Source: Fibrobacteria bacterium
Lineage (GTDB): Bacteria; Fibrobacterota; Fibrobacteria; UBA11236
NCBI GenBank assembly: GCA_043732185.1
Contig: JAYTHY010000096.1
Span: 1 to 64,000 of the forward strand
Direction of reading: 5' to 3'
DNA length: 64,000 nucleotides
The position numbers were made by a program, and so were the translations under genes. Positions 49,886-60,300 of the stretch are shown here, in pieces; position 1 is the first letter of the stretch; every line of letters begins with the position of its first letter. A model generated the notes under the pieces. It was not told where the DNA came from. It searched no databases and saw only the letters and a list, made by a program, of their open reading frames with translations.

Positions 49886-50004
49886 AATATCGCAACAATA
49901 TTTCAACAAAAACCGGTGCCAAAGCCCGTTTAGGCCTGTGTTTCATTGGAAAAGGCTGTGAAGCAGGAAATTACAGAAGAATTACTAATGCACTTTTGGG
50001 CAGC

Positions 50005-52125
50005 TCAGTCAAGGTCCCACTTTTTCCGCAGCAACCAGGCTATGGACAAAAGCAGAAACACAGCTAAGAAAGCGGGAACCGAATTATACAGCCGGAAAGT
50101 TTTGGTTTTTTCCATACGTGTTTGTGCGGAGGGTAGGTCAGGTAATAGGGATGTTACCTTGGCGGAATGGATACTTGGCGCTTTAGAGGTTTCGGGAAGC
50201 AATATCCGGCCACCGGATTGGGCGGCTGCTTCAGCCAATGCCGATTCATCAAAACCAATATTGGCCAGCTCCAACGCTATCCTGGGAGCCACATCAATTG
50301 AGTCTTTCCACAAAATATTTTCTCCCTCTGCCAATACTAAAGTGTACTTCCCCTCTGGCAGACTGAGGCCATGTAAATTTAACTTACGACCATTTTCAGT
50401 GGTAGCCAATGGAAGCACCCGTTTCGAGGCAGTGCTTACCACGTTCAGCTGAAGAGCCTTTGCCGCGCTGCCAGTTGAGTTTGGCAATGGAGACCAGGAT
50501 TCCGGCATTTGAAATTCCAGATCGAAAGGCACCATATGGAAGGCCCTACTGGGACAGGAAACTCTTATAGCACCTTCATCCAGATTAGCCAAAGCTCTGA
50601 CGGCGTGAATGTAAGCGGAAATATTAGTACGGGTGGCAAAATCCGCCTGTGGATCAAACAGCTCATCCCAAATTTTTGGCAGTAGGAAAACCAATGCACG
50701 TTTCCCTTCCGAAAGCGCTGTTCGCCCAACCAGTACTCCTTGGTTCCCCGCCTCTCGCAAGCCCACCACAGTCTGTAATTTTCCTGAAGCTCCTGACGCT
50801 ATAGGAGCCTCCAGGCTCATGCCGGTAAAATCCTTTAGGTGCACAATTTCGTCCGGAAATGTTTCCGAGGCCTGTTGCGAAACCTGAACTTCGGCACCAG
50901 GAGAAAAATTTTGCCATGTTCCCAACGGCCAATGAGACCTTCGGCTCACATCGGTCCCAGGGCGTGAGTATAGGACCACTTTGGCTGGACAAGATTCCAA
51001 AAACTTAAACAGACCGCTCCCTTGTACCAATGCTTCTGTTTCAATCCACACCTGATCCCTGTCATTTATTTTTAAGCTCGACCATTCATCGCTACTAAAC
51101 AAAACGATGGGTACCGAATCCGAATTTGAAAGAATATCCAGCATTCCCTTTTCGTCCAAGCTGCGAATCGGTTTGTAAATGTAAAGGCGAGATTGGTTCT
51201 GACTATTAGAAATATTTACTGCCGTAGTATCGTTGTAAAGATCAAAATTAGCTTTCGCGTTGCCGGGCTGAACGATAGCTTGCACCTCAGAAGCCGAGGC
51301 AAAGTTCGCATTATCCCATGCCATGTTAAAACGATAGATCTGCGAACCAGCTGCCTGTGGTAACTTCATATGAAAAAAAGGTTTGCCAAATTGAAATAGG
51401 TCCAATGTCGGTGCATCTGAACGGCTTCCCACACTGCGGTAGTGGAGGACACCATCAGCAGATTTACCGCTGGCATGAAGCGCAATGCTCATTTTTTCCG
51501 CTTGCACCTCCTGGATCGAGTCCGCGTCGAATACCACCGGAAACAACGGCACTGCCCATGGGTGGGCAACTTTTCCTGGATTAAAATTGGAACGCCCATC
51601 CGAAAAAAGAAAAACCCCTTGGAGGTTCGGAATGGCGGAGGAATCCACAAACTCCGCTGCTGCAGATAGGCTGGTCAAGACTCCAGTCAAAGAGCTTTCC
51701 GGAATCCGACCCGATAACAATGAACCTGCAGTTGAGTTCCCAACTGGCCATGCCCATTCATTAAAGTCGACCACCCGGATATCAAACTTCCGGTTTCGGT
51801 AAGTTTCCTGCAATGTTTCTTCAATCCGATCGTATTTTTTACTCAAGCCTAAATACTCGCCGTTCCGAAAGCTGGCGCTTTGATCCCTCAGTATCAGTAT
51901 GGTTGGATTATGAAATTGGACCTGCGTTTGATGCAATTCCGGCGCAGTCAAAGACAGGGTAAGCAACGCCAACGCCAACAATTGAAGCCAGAATAGCATC
52001 TGCCTTCCATACCAAGGTGCACTAGCCGGCCTCGGACTCATAAGGTATTGCCGGGCGAGTATATACAGCCCTGGCAGCAGAAGGAGCAAATACCAAAGAC
52101 TACCGGTTAGGTGAAGTGACAGCAT
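50005..52125 (-). CDS. Membrane-anchored vWA-like domain protein
   Basis: Two N-terminal TM helices, MIDAS-like DQSAS and LFSDGRSN, C-terminal TM ending WLLRKKW. Confidence 0.7.
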   Translation of the reverse strand: MLSLHLTGSLWYLLLLLPGLYILARQYLMSPRPASAPWYGRQMLFWLQLLALALLTLSLTAPELHQTQVQFHNPTILILRDQSASFRNGEYLGLSKKYDRIEETLQETYRNRKFDIRVVDFNEWAWPVGNSTAGSLLSGRIPESSLTGVLTSLSAAAEFVDSSAIPNLQGVFLFSDGRSNFNPGKVAHPWAVPLFPVVFDADSIQEVQAEKMSIALHASGKSADGVLHYRSVGSRSDAPTLDLFQFGKPFFHMKLPQAAGSQIYRFNMAWDNANFASASEVQAIVQPGNAKANFDLYNDTTAVNISNSQNQSRLYIYKPIRSLDEKGMLDILSNSDSVPIVLFSSDEWSSLKINDRDQVWIETEALVQGSGLFKFLESCPAKVVLYSRPGTDVSRRSHWPLGTWQNFSPGAEVQVSQQASETFPDEIVHLKDFTGMSLEAPIASGASGKLQTVVGLREAGNQGVLVGRTALSEGKRALVFLLPKIWDELFDPQADFATRTNISAYIHAVRALANLDEGAIRVSCPSRAFHMVPFDLEFQMPESWSPLPNSTGSAAKALQLNVVSTASKRVLPLATTENGRKLNLHGLSLPEGKYTLVLAEGENILWKDSIDVAPRIALELANIGFDESALAEAAAQSGGRILLPETSKAPSIHSAKVTSLLPDLPSAQTRMEKTKTFRLYNSVPAFLAVFLLLSIAWLLRKKWDLD

Positions 52126-52146
52126 ACCGGAACGGCGAACCCGTCC

Positions 52147-53784
52147 CTACTCCCTTGGGGTGCGGAGCGTGGTATGCTTCGCTTTAGGCAAGGTCTGTGG
52201 ATAGTTCAAATTAAAATGCAATCCCCGGCTTTCCTTCCGGCGGCGCGCGCTGCGAATAATCAGCTCTGCGCATAAGGTAAGATTGCGCAATTCGATAAGT
52301 TCGGGAACCATGGAAAAAGACCAATAATCCTTGTGGATTTGATTGCTGATGACCCGTACAAATTCTTCCGCTCGGGCGAGGCGGAAATCGCTCCGGACAA
52401 TGCCGACATAGTGCCACATCGTGGAGCGGATGGTTTCCAGTGAATGCGAATAGATGATGGTTTCGGGCGCGGGTTTAAGCGCAAAAGATTTCCAATTTTG
52501 GAAACGACGGCGCAGAGGCCGTGGATGTGGGAAAGCAAGAATATGTGCCAAAGCCCGCTCTGCAAACACCACACCCTCCAGCAAAGAATTACTGGCCAGT
52601 CGATTGGCGCCGTGCACACCGGTACACGCGGTCTCACCCACCGCATAAAGCCCTGGAAGCTCGGTGGCGGAATTGACGTCTACTTTGACTCCACCGCAAA
52701 TAAAATGAGCGGCCGGTACCACCGGAATCCATTGTTCGGAAATATCCAAACCCATGTCCAGGCAATGCTGATAAATATTGGGAAAATGTTTGATCAAGTC
52801 TGCTCGGCGAAATGCCGTGGCATCCAGAAACATGCATGGTTGGCCGGTCCGTTTCATTTCGGCATCAATGGCCCTGGCAACAATGTCCCTAGGTGCCAGT
52901 GATTTTAAGGGATGGACCTTGTCCATGAAGGTTTCACCTAAGTGATTTTTCAGCACACCACCGTGTCCGCGCATGGCCTCCGAAATCAAATAGGTAGGTT
53001 GGCCTGGATTATAAAGGGCGGTCGGATGGAATTGCATAAATTCCATGTCTTCAACAGCGGCTCCAGCTCTATACGCCATGGCAATTCCGTCACCCGTGGA
53101 TACGGAATCATTAGTAGTGTGGGCGTAAATTTGCCCTACCCCGCCTGTACAAAGCACAGTCGTGGCACCCAGGAAAAGCCCGATGCGATTGGCCTTCACA
53201 TCCAATGCATAGAGTCCATAACATCGCTTTGGCTCTAAATCCTTTTCCCCCTGACGAAGGTGCTTCCCCGTAACGAGGTCAATGCCCATGTAATTTTCCA
53301 GAAAAGTGATATTGGGATTGCTGCGTGTCGCTTCCACCAAAGCGCGTTGAATTTCACGCCCGGTTAGGTCATCGGCATGGACAATACGAGAGCTGGAGTG
53401 ACCCCCTTCTCTTGCCAGGTGGAAAGGCGCAGCGAGTCCAAACTTCCCGCGACTTGGCTTACTTTGTGCCGCCAAAGTAAACCGTACCCCCCAGTCCACT
53501 AAATTATGAATGGCTTGTGGGCCCTGGTTGACAAGGATTCGAACTCGATCTTCACGGCACAAACCGGCGCCGGCTTTAAGAGTGTCCTGGGCATGCTCCT
53601 CCATGGAGTCTCCGGGTGCCATTACTGAGGCGATGCCGCCTTGGGCCAAATTTGTGGACCCGGCCCAGCTGAGTTTTTTCGTCAGAACTAGAACTTTACC
53701 ATGTGCGGAAGCCTTTAGGGCAAAGGACAAACCGGCGACTCCGGAGCCGACCACGATGAAATCATAAACAGCAATCGGTTGCAT
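52147..53784 (-). CDS. nadB: L-aspartate oxidase
   Basis: GSGVAG, AQGGIA, REGGHS, QFHPT, HGANRLASNSLLE, ESRGLH. Confidence 0.96.
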   Translation of the reverse strand: MQPIAVYDFIVVGSGVAGLSFALKASAHGKVLVLTKKLSWAGSTNLAQGGIASVMAPGDSMEEHAQDTLKAGAGLCREDRVRILVNQGPQAIHNLVDWGVRFTLAAQSKPSRGKFGLAAPFHLAREGGHSSSRIVHADDLTGREIQRALVEATRSNPNITFLENYMGIDLVTGKHLRQGEKDLEPKRCYGLYALDVKANRIGLFLGATTVLCTGGVGQIYAHTTNDSVSTGDGIAMAYRAGAAVEDMEFMQFHPTALYNPGQPTYLISEAMRGHGGVLKNHLGETFMDKVHPLKSLAPRDIVARAIDAEMKRTGQPCMFLDATAFRRADLIKHFPNIYQHCLDMGLDISEQWIPVVPAAHFICGGVKVDVNSATELPGLYAVGETACTGVHGANRLASNSLLEGVVFAERALAHILAFPHPRPLRRRFQNWKSFALKPAPETIIYSHSLETIRSTMWHYVGIVRSDFRLARAEEFVRVISNQIHKDYWSFSMVPELIELRNLTLCAELIIRSARRRKESRGLHFNLNYPQTLPKAKHTTLRTPRE

Positions 53785-53860
53785 CCATGCCTGCGCTTGT
53801 CCGTTTTGGCCTAATGTATAAATTAAAGCGCATAAAACCGGTGGATTCGACCAATCCGCC

Positions 53861-53889
53861 TTGCCGCAAAAGAGCCGGAGAGGTACTTT
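53861..53889 (+). promoter_or_regulatory. Putative sigma70 promoter for ppiD
   Basis: TTGCCG, 17 nt, TACTTT. Confidence 0.45.
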
Positions 53890-53952
53890 TACCCAGTCTT
53901 TTTGACGCCATTAAATGAATTCCCTGTTCGTGGGGATCGGAGAGAGTGCGCT

Positions 53953-55815
53953 ATGACCTTGGAATGGATGAAGAAACAGGCCCCTTGGGTAATCGGTACA
54001 TTTGGAATTTTAATCCTGGTTGGCCTAGTTATGATGGACCGCGCCGGAAGCTACCGTTCCGATCGGCATCATAATATAGTCGGTAAGGTGAATGGAGAAG
54101 AGATTCCCACCGAACGCTTTCAGGCTGAACTCAAAAATTATCTTCGTAGCCAGGAAGCGCAATCCGGCAAAGCACCAGAAGGATTGCAACTTGCCCAGGT
54201 ACGTGAAGGCCTATTCAATTTTAAGGTTCAATCTATTTTGATTCAAAAAATTTTCCAGGATTATCAATTATTTGCCTCCAAAGAGGAAATGATGGACTTC
54301 GTTACCAAGCATCCTCAGGAAGTGGCTCAAAATATTATGCGTTATCGCGGCTATGAAGAGTTGCCTCCGTTCCTGGCCGATAGCAGTATTGATCAGGCCC
54401 GCTATGAAAATTGGTTGGCCCAAGATTCCGTTTACGACCGCATTTCCATGCAAGAGTTGGAAGGAAATCTCAGCTCCAACGTCATCCCACAAATGCAGCT
54501 GCAACAAATAATGAAGTCCCAGGTTCATCGTACCACCATTGAAGAAGCCTATGTGGCTTCCCAGCGCGAGACCAAAGCCGGACTCAAGTTCTACCACGTA
54601 TCAGTTGATTCCTTCCCCATTTCCGCTGATAAATTCAAAGATGCCGAATTAGAAGCCTATTTCCATGCCCATCCAGACAGCTTTTATTTTAAAGAGGACG
54701 CAGCCAAATTGGGCTTCCTTCGCCTACCGTTGCAGCCATCGAAAACCGACAGCAACTTAATGTTCGACTTTGCTAAGGAAATTAAGGAAAGAGCTAAAAA
54801 CGGTGAGAAGTTTGCGGATTTGGCTAAGGATTATTCCAATGATTTGGCCACGGCTGATAAAGGGGGGAAACTTGAAGGCCTACGCGGCAGGGCGGGAATG
54901 GAGCCGGCTTTTGCCGATGCTGCGTTCGCGCTCAATTCAGGTGAAATTTCGGATCCCGTTTTGCTCAGTTCCGGATATGAAGTGATTTTCGTACAGGACA
55001 AAAAGAAAGCGGCAGGTGATAGCATAGAAAAAGTCGAAGTCAGCCATATTCTGCTTAAGATTGCAGCAGGCACAGAAACGATTGACAGCCTAATGGATGC
55101 CGCCGAAAAAATCCGTACCAACGCCCAGAATCAAGGCTTGGAAAAGGCTGGAAAGGAAGCGCATGTCGCCTATGAAAAAACGAGTATCTTCGATAAGTCC
55201 AATTTGACACCGTTACCGGGTGGTTACGTCCAAGGTGCAAATTCCTTTGCCTTCAGCCAATTTGAAGCCAAGGAAAAAATATCTGAACCGCTGCAATCAG
55301 ACAATGGGATATATCTCTTCGATCGGAATGAGACATTTCCAAAAGGACGCAATTTAGCTAGGGCCAAAACACGGATCGCCGATATCCTTGTGAGAGAAGA
55401 AAAACTTGCAGCAGCAAAGAAAGAGTTGGAGGCCCAGATGCCCGCAATTTTAGCCGCGCAGGAAGGCTCCTTGCCTGCAACCATTGGCAAGGCCAAACTG
55501 GACAGCACCAGCGCTGGGCCCATTTCTGCAGACAACTGGCTACCTGGCTTTGGCTATTCAAGTCCAGCCTTATTCAAGTCTTTTACCCAGCCAGAGGGCA
55601 AATGGGGATCGGTTATATCCACGGATTTAGGGGCAGTTTTGGTCCGAGTCACCGTAAAACTAACCCCTCCGGAAAAGGATATTTGGGACAAAGCCCAAGC
55701 TCAATTAGCCGAAAATCAAAGCTATCAAGCCTCGAGTCTTTACCAAGAGTGGATGGCAGCCCTACCGAAATCAGGAAATGTGGAAAATAATATGGATCTG
55801 GTTTTTCGAAATTAG
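53953..55815 (+). CDS. ppiD: PpiD/SurA-type periplasmic peptidyl-prolyl isomerase chaperone
   Basis: N-terminal TM, VGKVNGEEI (SurA_N), parvulin motif FADLAKDYSND...GGKL...FADAAFAL..GEISDPV; GGAGAGAG SD before ATG 53953. Confidence 0.85.
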   Translation: MTLEWMKKQAPWVIGTFGILILVGLVMMDRAGSYRSDRHHNIVGKVNGEEIPTERFQAELKNYLRSQEAQSGKAPEGLQLAQVREGLFNFKVQSILIQKIFQDYQLFASKEEMMDFVTKHPQEVAQNIMRYRGYEELPPFLADSSIDQARYENWLAQDSVYDRISMQELEGNLSSNVIPQMQLQQIMKSQVHRTTIEEAYVASQRETKAGLKFYHVSVDSFPISADKFKDAELEAYFHAHPDSFYFKEDAAKLGFLRLPLQPSKTDSNLMFDFAKEIKERAKNGEKFADLAKDYSNDLATADKGGKLEGLRGRAGMEPAFADAAFALNSGEISDPVLLSSGYEVIFVQDKKKAAGDSIEKVEVSHILLKIAAGTETIDSLMDAAEKIRTNAQNQGLEKAGKEAHVAYEKTSIFDKSNLTPLPGGYVQGANSFAFSQFEAKEKISEPLQSDNGIYLFDRNETFPKGRNLARAKTRIADILVREEKLAAAKKELEAQMPAILAAQEGSLPATIGKAKLDSTSAGPISADNWLPGFGYSSPALFKSFTQPEGKWGSVISTDLGAVLVRVTVKLTPPEKDIWDKAQAQLAENQSYQASSLYQEWMAALPKSGNVENNMDLVFRN

Positions 55816-55940
55816 CGGCAATTGGGCTCCAGTAACCAGGAATACAACGGTTTATGACGGTCCAAGTTGGGCAAGAATTTTTTCTTAAAAACAGCCACGT
55901 AAACTTGACTGGATACATTAACTTGGTACCTTAGGGACAG

Positions 55941-56078
55941 ATGAAAAAACTAATCATACTTACTTTGATAAGCTTCACCTTGGCAGGTATAGGGAACGTA
56001 TTTAGCCGAAGCCTGTCTCTATTTTCCCCACCTGTGGAAGATTCCGGCTGGGCCATGTTCAAGGAACTGTTCCACTAG
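55941..56078 (+). CDS. Small secreted peptide, 45 aa (below the ORF-track cutoff)
   Basis: MKKLIILTLISFTLAGIGNVFS-RSLSLFSPPVEDSGWAMFKELFH*. Textbook Sec signal; upstream TTGACT, 16 nt, TACCTT with an extended TG. Confidence 0.6.
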   Translation: MKKLIILTLISFTLAGIGNVFSRSLSLFSPPVEDSGWAMFKELFH

Positions 56079-56251
56079 GCTCAAGTCGCGCAAACATGCA
56101 TTTGGGAATGCGTTTACAACACTCCTTTAGCGTTCCTTGAGGTTTTGCCTAGTTTTCCCCTTAGTAGCTAATGTTGATTTTACAAATTTGATATTGGCAT
56201 AGACTAACTCCAGCCTCTAATATCATTCCAGTCGCCTTCCTGAGAGGTCCA

Positions 56252-57310
56252 TTGGAAACTAAGGGTAATATTCTGATTGTTGATGATGAACCGTCCATTT
56301 GCACGGTCATCTGTGATTACCTTCGTCTGCAAGGCTATAATTGCGCTAGCGCAAATGCTGTGGACTCGGCCCTGCAAATATTGAAAACCGTCAGCAACAT
56401 CGACTGTATCTTATCCGATATCAAAATGCCCGGAAAAACCGGTATAGACTTGCTCCGGGAAGTAAAAACCTATTGGCCGGAAATGGCCGTTATTTTATTC
56501 ACGGGCAACGCTGAAATTCAAACCGCCGTGCACTCCATGCAAGAGGGTGCCTACGATTTTATCCTCAAACCCATCCAACTTAAGCAAGTCATTCACAGCA
56601 TTACCAATGCCCTCGAAAAAAAAAGACTCAAGCTTGAGCTACGAAATTACCAAAAAAACCTTGAAAATCTGGTGTTGGAGCGCACTACCCAAATCAAAGA
56701 TGCCATGTTGGAGTTAGAAGGATCGCATTTGGATACAATCAATCGCCTTTGCCAAGCGGCTGAATATCGTGATGACGAAACCGGTTATCATGTCCTAAGA
56801 ATCAGTAAGTATTGTGAAGTATTAGCGCGTGGCTGTGGGTTATCAGCAGAGGAGAATTGGCTACTAAGTAAAGCGAGTCCTTTGCACGATATCGGTAAAA
56901 TTGGCATTCCTGATTCCATTTTGCTAAAACCAGGACGCCTGACCATAGAAGAATTCGAAATAATGAAAAAGCATGCTGAAATCGGTGGCGAAATTTTAAA
57001 GAACGCGAACTCAAAGGTGTTACAAGTAGCCGAAACGGTAGCCATGACACACCATGAAAAATGGGATGGAAGCGGTTACCCCAAAGGCCTTAAAGGAGAA
57101 TCCATTCCCTTGATGGGCCGGATTACCGCCTTAGCGGATGTATTTGACGCTCTTACCATGAAACGCTGCTACAAGCCAGCCTTTTCCATTGAAGCGTCCG
57201 TAAGCATCATTCTTGAGGGCAGGGGCAAACACTTTGATCCAAAAATCGTCGACATTTTCAGCGCCAATCTTCCGGAGTTTATAGCCATTCAGAAAGACTA
57301 CTCCGATTGA
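56252..57310 (+). CDS. Response regulator with HD-GYP domain (RpfG-like c-di-GMP phosphodiesterase)
   Basis: REC motifs IVDDE, SDIKMP, FILKP; HDIGKIG; HHEKWDGSGYP; DVFDAL. Confidence 0.92.
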   Translation: METKGNILIVDDEPSICTVICDYLRLQGYNCASANAVDSALQILKTVSNIDCILSDIKMPGKTGIDLLREVKTYWPEMAVILFTGNAEIQTAVHSMQEGAYDFILKPIQLKQVIHSITNALEKKRLKLELRNYQKNLENLVLERTTQIKDAMLELEGSHLDTINRLCQAAEYRDDETGYHVLRISKYCEVLARGCGLSAEENWLLSKASPLHDIGKIGIPDSILLKPGRLTIEEFEIMKKHAEIGGEILKNANSKVLQVAETVAMTHHEKWDGSGYPKGLKGESIPLMGRITALADVFDALTMKRCYKPAFSIEASVSIILEGRGKHFDPKIVDIFSANLPEFIAIQKDYSD

Positions 57311-57333
57311 TTTTAATTTGCATCGAAACCACT

Positions 57334-57354
57334 TGGCCGTTATCGGCCATTTTT
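57334..57354 (+). terminator. Terminator between the convergent HD-GYP and giant-protein genes
   Basis: TGGCCG-TTAT-CGGCCA followed by TTTTT. Confidence 0.6.
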
Positions 57355-57362
57355 AAACTTGA

Positions 57363-60300
57363 TTAGAGCTTCAATAATCGGCGCGTAGCTCGGTAGGTTG
57401 GTTTTCCATCCACTTTCGCTTCCAATGCTAAAGTGTAAACTCCAGCAGGTAACGGTGAATGCATCCGATCTTTCCCGTCCCAGATAAAATTCAGGGAACT
57501 GGAACCGGTCACAGTTTTTTCAAAGACCATGCGACCACGGAAATCCCTAATCTTTAGGAGGAAGGCAACCTTTCCAAAACTTGTTGGAAGCGCGTAGTGA
57601 ACTTGTGTTGAGGCAGAGAATGGATTTGGATAGTTGTAGAGGTTTAAAACATTGGCAGGTGCCAGGCCAGCTAAAATGCTTGCCAGATATTGAGGATCCC
57701 CGGCGACCAAATGATAATCATTTGCACTGAGCTCCGCTTCACTGATACGCAAGGAGTCACCGGTTAAAGGCACTACAGTTTTATGGAGCGATTCCACTAA
57801 GTAAAGGGGAATGGATTTGCTGTTGGCCATCACTTTCAGATAAACGCCTGACGACCCCTTTACTGCGGATGCTTTCAGCGGCCAATGGCCCTGCCAAGCA
57901 CTCACATCGTTTTGCAGGAATTCCGCCATTGACTCCTCTGCCCCATCTTGCCGGAAGTATTTCAAGACCATACGGAAATCCTGGCCCGGCACATCCGGTG
58001 GCTCACCATATAGGCCTCCACGCACGGACTTGCCTATCAGCAAGGACATTGCCGCAGTTTCATTATAGATGCGCAAGTTTGCAGACCATTGATTCTCGAC
58101 TTCTGCAGTCTGCTTAGCGCTTGGGGAAACACCCGAGCGCGTTGCATCTAGGACAGGAAACTTCAAAGTGAGTGCGCTTGTGGGTTTTATAGTCAAACCA
58201 TCCCATGGTTGTAAGATACTTGTGTCCTTAATAGCTTCCCAGCTTCCCGGCCGGCCGGCCGTATACCTGTAAATGGTAGGCATGGCCGGCAGGCTCGAAG
58301 TGGCAAGTACATCCGACATTTTGATTGGAAAATTAAAAGGCAAAGCGAAATCAGTATACTGGCCCACAGGTAAAGACAAATCAAAATTTTGGTAATCTAA
58401 CGAAATACCGGCCCCGGAGATAGCATCATAATTCCGAGTGGAACCTGCCCAGACAGCTTGTCCAGAATCATACTTAACACTTGACGCAGTCGTACCGTCG
58501 TAAACATTAAACGAACCAGCTCCTTTGCCGGTCCCCTTGTACTTCATCAAACGCATCTCACTTTCGCTCCACTTTGTTTTCCCAACTATCCTCGCCTGGC
58601 TGCCGGTATCAGCATCATCCCATGGGTATCCATATAAATTCCAGCGATTGGCCGAGAATAGTTTTTTATCCGGACCTTGCAAGTTTGCATCCACAAAGTG
58701 GCTGCGAATAAAGCTCGATGTTCGAACCAACTTTGATCCGTCAAAAATCGTAAATACCACTTCTATACTTCGAGAAGCTTTTCTACCCGCGTCCGCGTCT
58801 TTATAGGCTTTAACCATGGGAATCTGAATTGTGGCCTGCGACAAAACGCCGGTATTGGAAATCACGAGATTGGTGTTTGAATAGGTTACTGCGGAATTAA
58901 AACCTAGTGCAGAAACTGTGTCCAAATTAAACGGGCGTTTTTGTAGATAACCGGGTCCAGATTGCGACTGCACGCCTAATGCGTTTTGAAAATATTTATA
59001 ATACCGATCTTTAAGCGTATCCGGTTGCATTCCAATCAGACCCGAGGAAAGTAGAACAGTTTTCACTGGGTAACTGCCCGAGAAAACACCAGTGGCGGTA
59101 CCGCCTGCTGGAACTACACTAGCCATCACCAAGGGGTTGGATGTTTTGAAATCAACACCTTTAAAATTTACTGTAATAGGTACAATGCTGTCCCCGGCGG
59201 TTTGAAAATCGAAGGTGGGTGGATCAGCGTCTGTAACTTGTATGGTGCCTGGCTCTACATCATCAGCCAACTTACCAAAAGCATAGGTTAAAGTACCGCC
59301 TTTGTTGCCTTCAATAACCAGGTAGTTTGTATCCACTATTTGTTCCAAGCGCCATGTGGATACATGTGTGGGACGGCTGGTAGGATCGGTGGGCAGCAAA
59401 AAAAGTTCCTTTCCGGTTAAATCCATTTTTGCCGGCAATTTTATTTTTGCCTGGAAGGATAGATTTGATCCTGCTTGACCCAAAGTGGTACCAGCTATAT
59501 CCAAGATTATTTTGTGCATAGGAGAAAGTAAGCTCAAATTGAAAACTTTTGGCTCATCGATTGGTATAAATTCAGGGTTTTTTACAACAACTCCAGAGGC
59601 AGTAATCGGTTCTGACATGGAGATCCGAGTGGTGAACACGCCTACAGCTGAACTATTGAGGTTTAGAAAAACACCGTTGTCACTGGGACAAACCATTTTG
59701 GATAATGCGAAGGAACAGGAACCGGTTTCTACGGCTATGCCTGTGGTCAAGGTATCAGTGTAGGCATATCCTAATAGCCGAGACCCAGCTCTGAAGCGAC
59801 TATAGGCTACATAGAAATAATAAAAGGTGCGTTCTTTGAGATTTAATGCGGAATCCGAAAAGGCACCACCACTTAGCTTTTTCATGGAGTAACTGTGCTG
59901 CTGCCCTTTTGGCATATCTTTTAACTGGGCCTTGGGAAGGGTATCCCACCAAACGTGAATGGAATCACTTTCTAACGAATCATAGTTTTTACTGGAAACC
60001 TCAATACTGGATTTTGAAAAATCGTTTAGCACGCCCTTAGCTGTAATTTTTAGTCGTCCCATCACTTTGCTCAAGTCAAGATTAACTTCCATTGCACCGA
60101 CGTCCTTGTTTACCGTTGGTCTCGGTTTACCGAATAAGTCTGTTAATAAATTGACACCGTAGACCTGGCCATTGGCCGACTGTGTGCTTGCAGCCTGTAA
60201 GGATGGACAAGGATGGATTGAGTTACAGGCGAAAGCCTCATTTAGACCTGATTCTAAATTGTTGAGGTAAGCAGCTACCGTAAGGTCCATGCTACCTGCC

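Noticed and set aside
49905..49925. Sigma-54-like TGGCAC upstream of mraZ (and a similar one at 34883)
   Set aside because: The -12 GC is missing at the required GG-N10-GC spacing in both cases.
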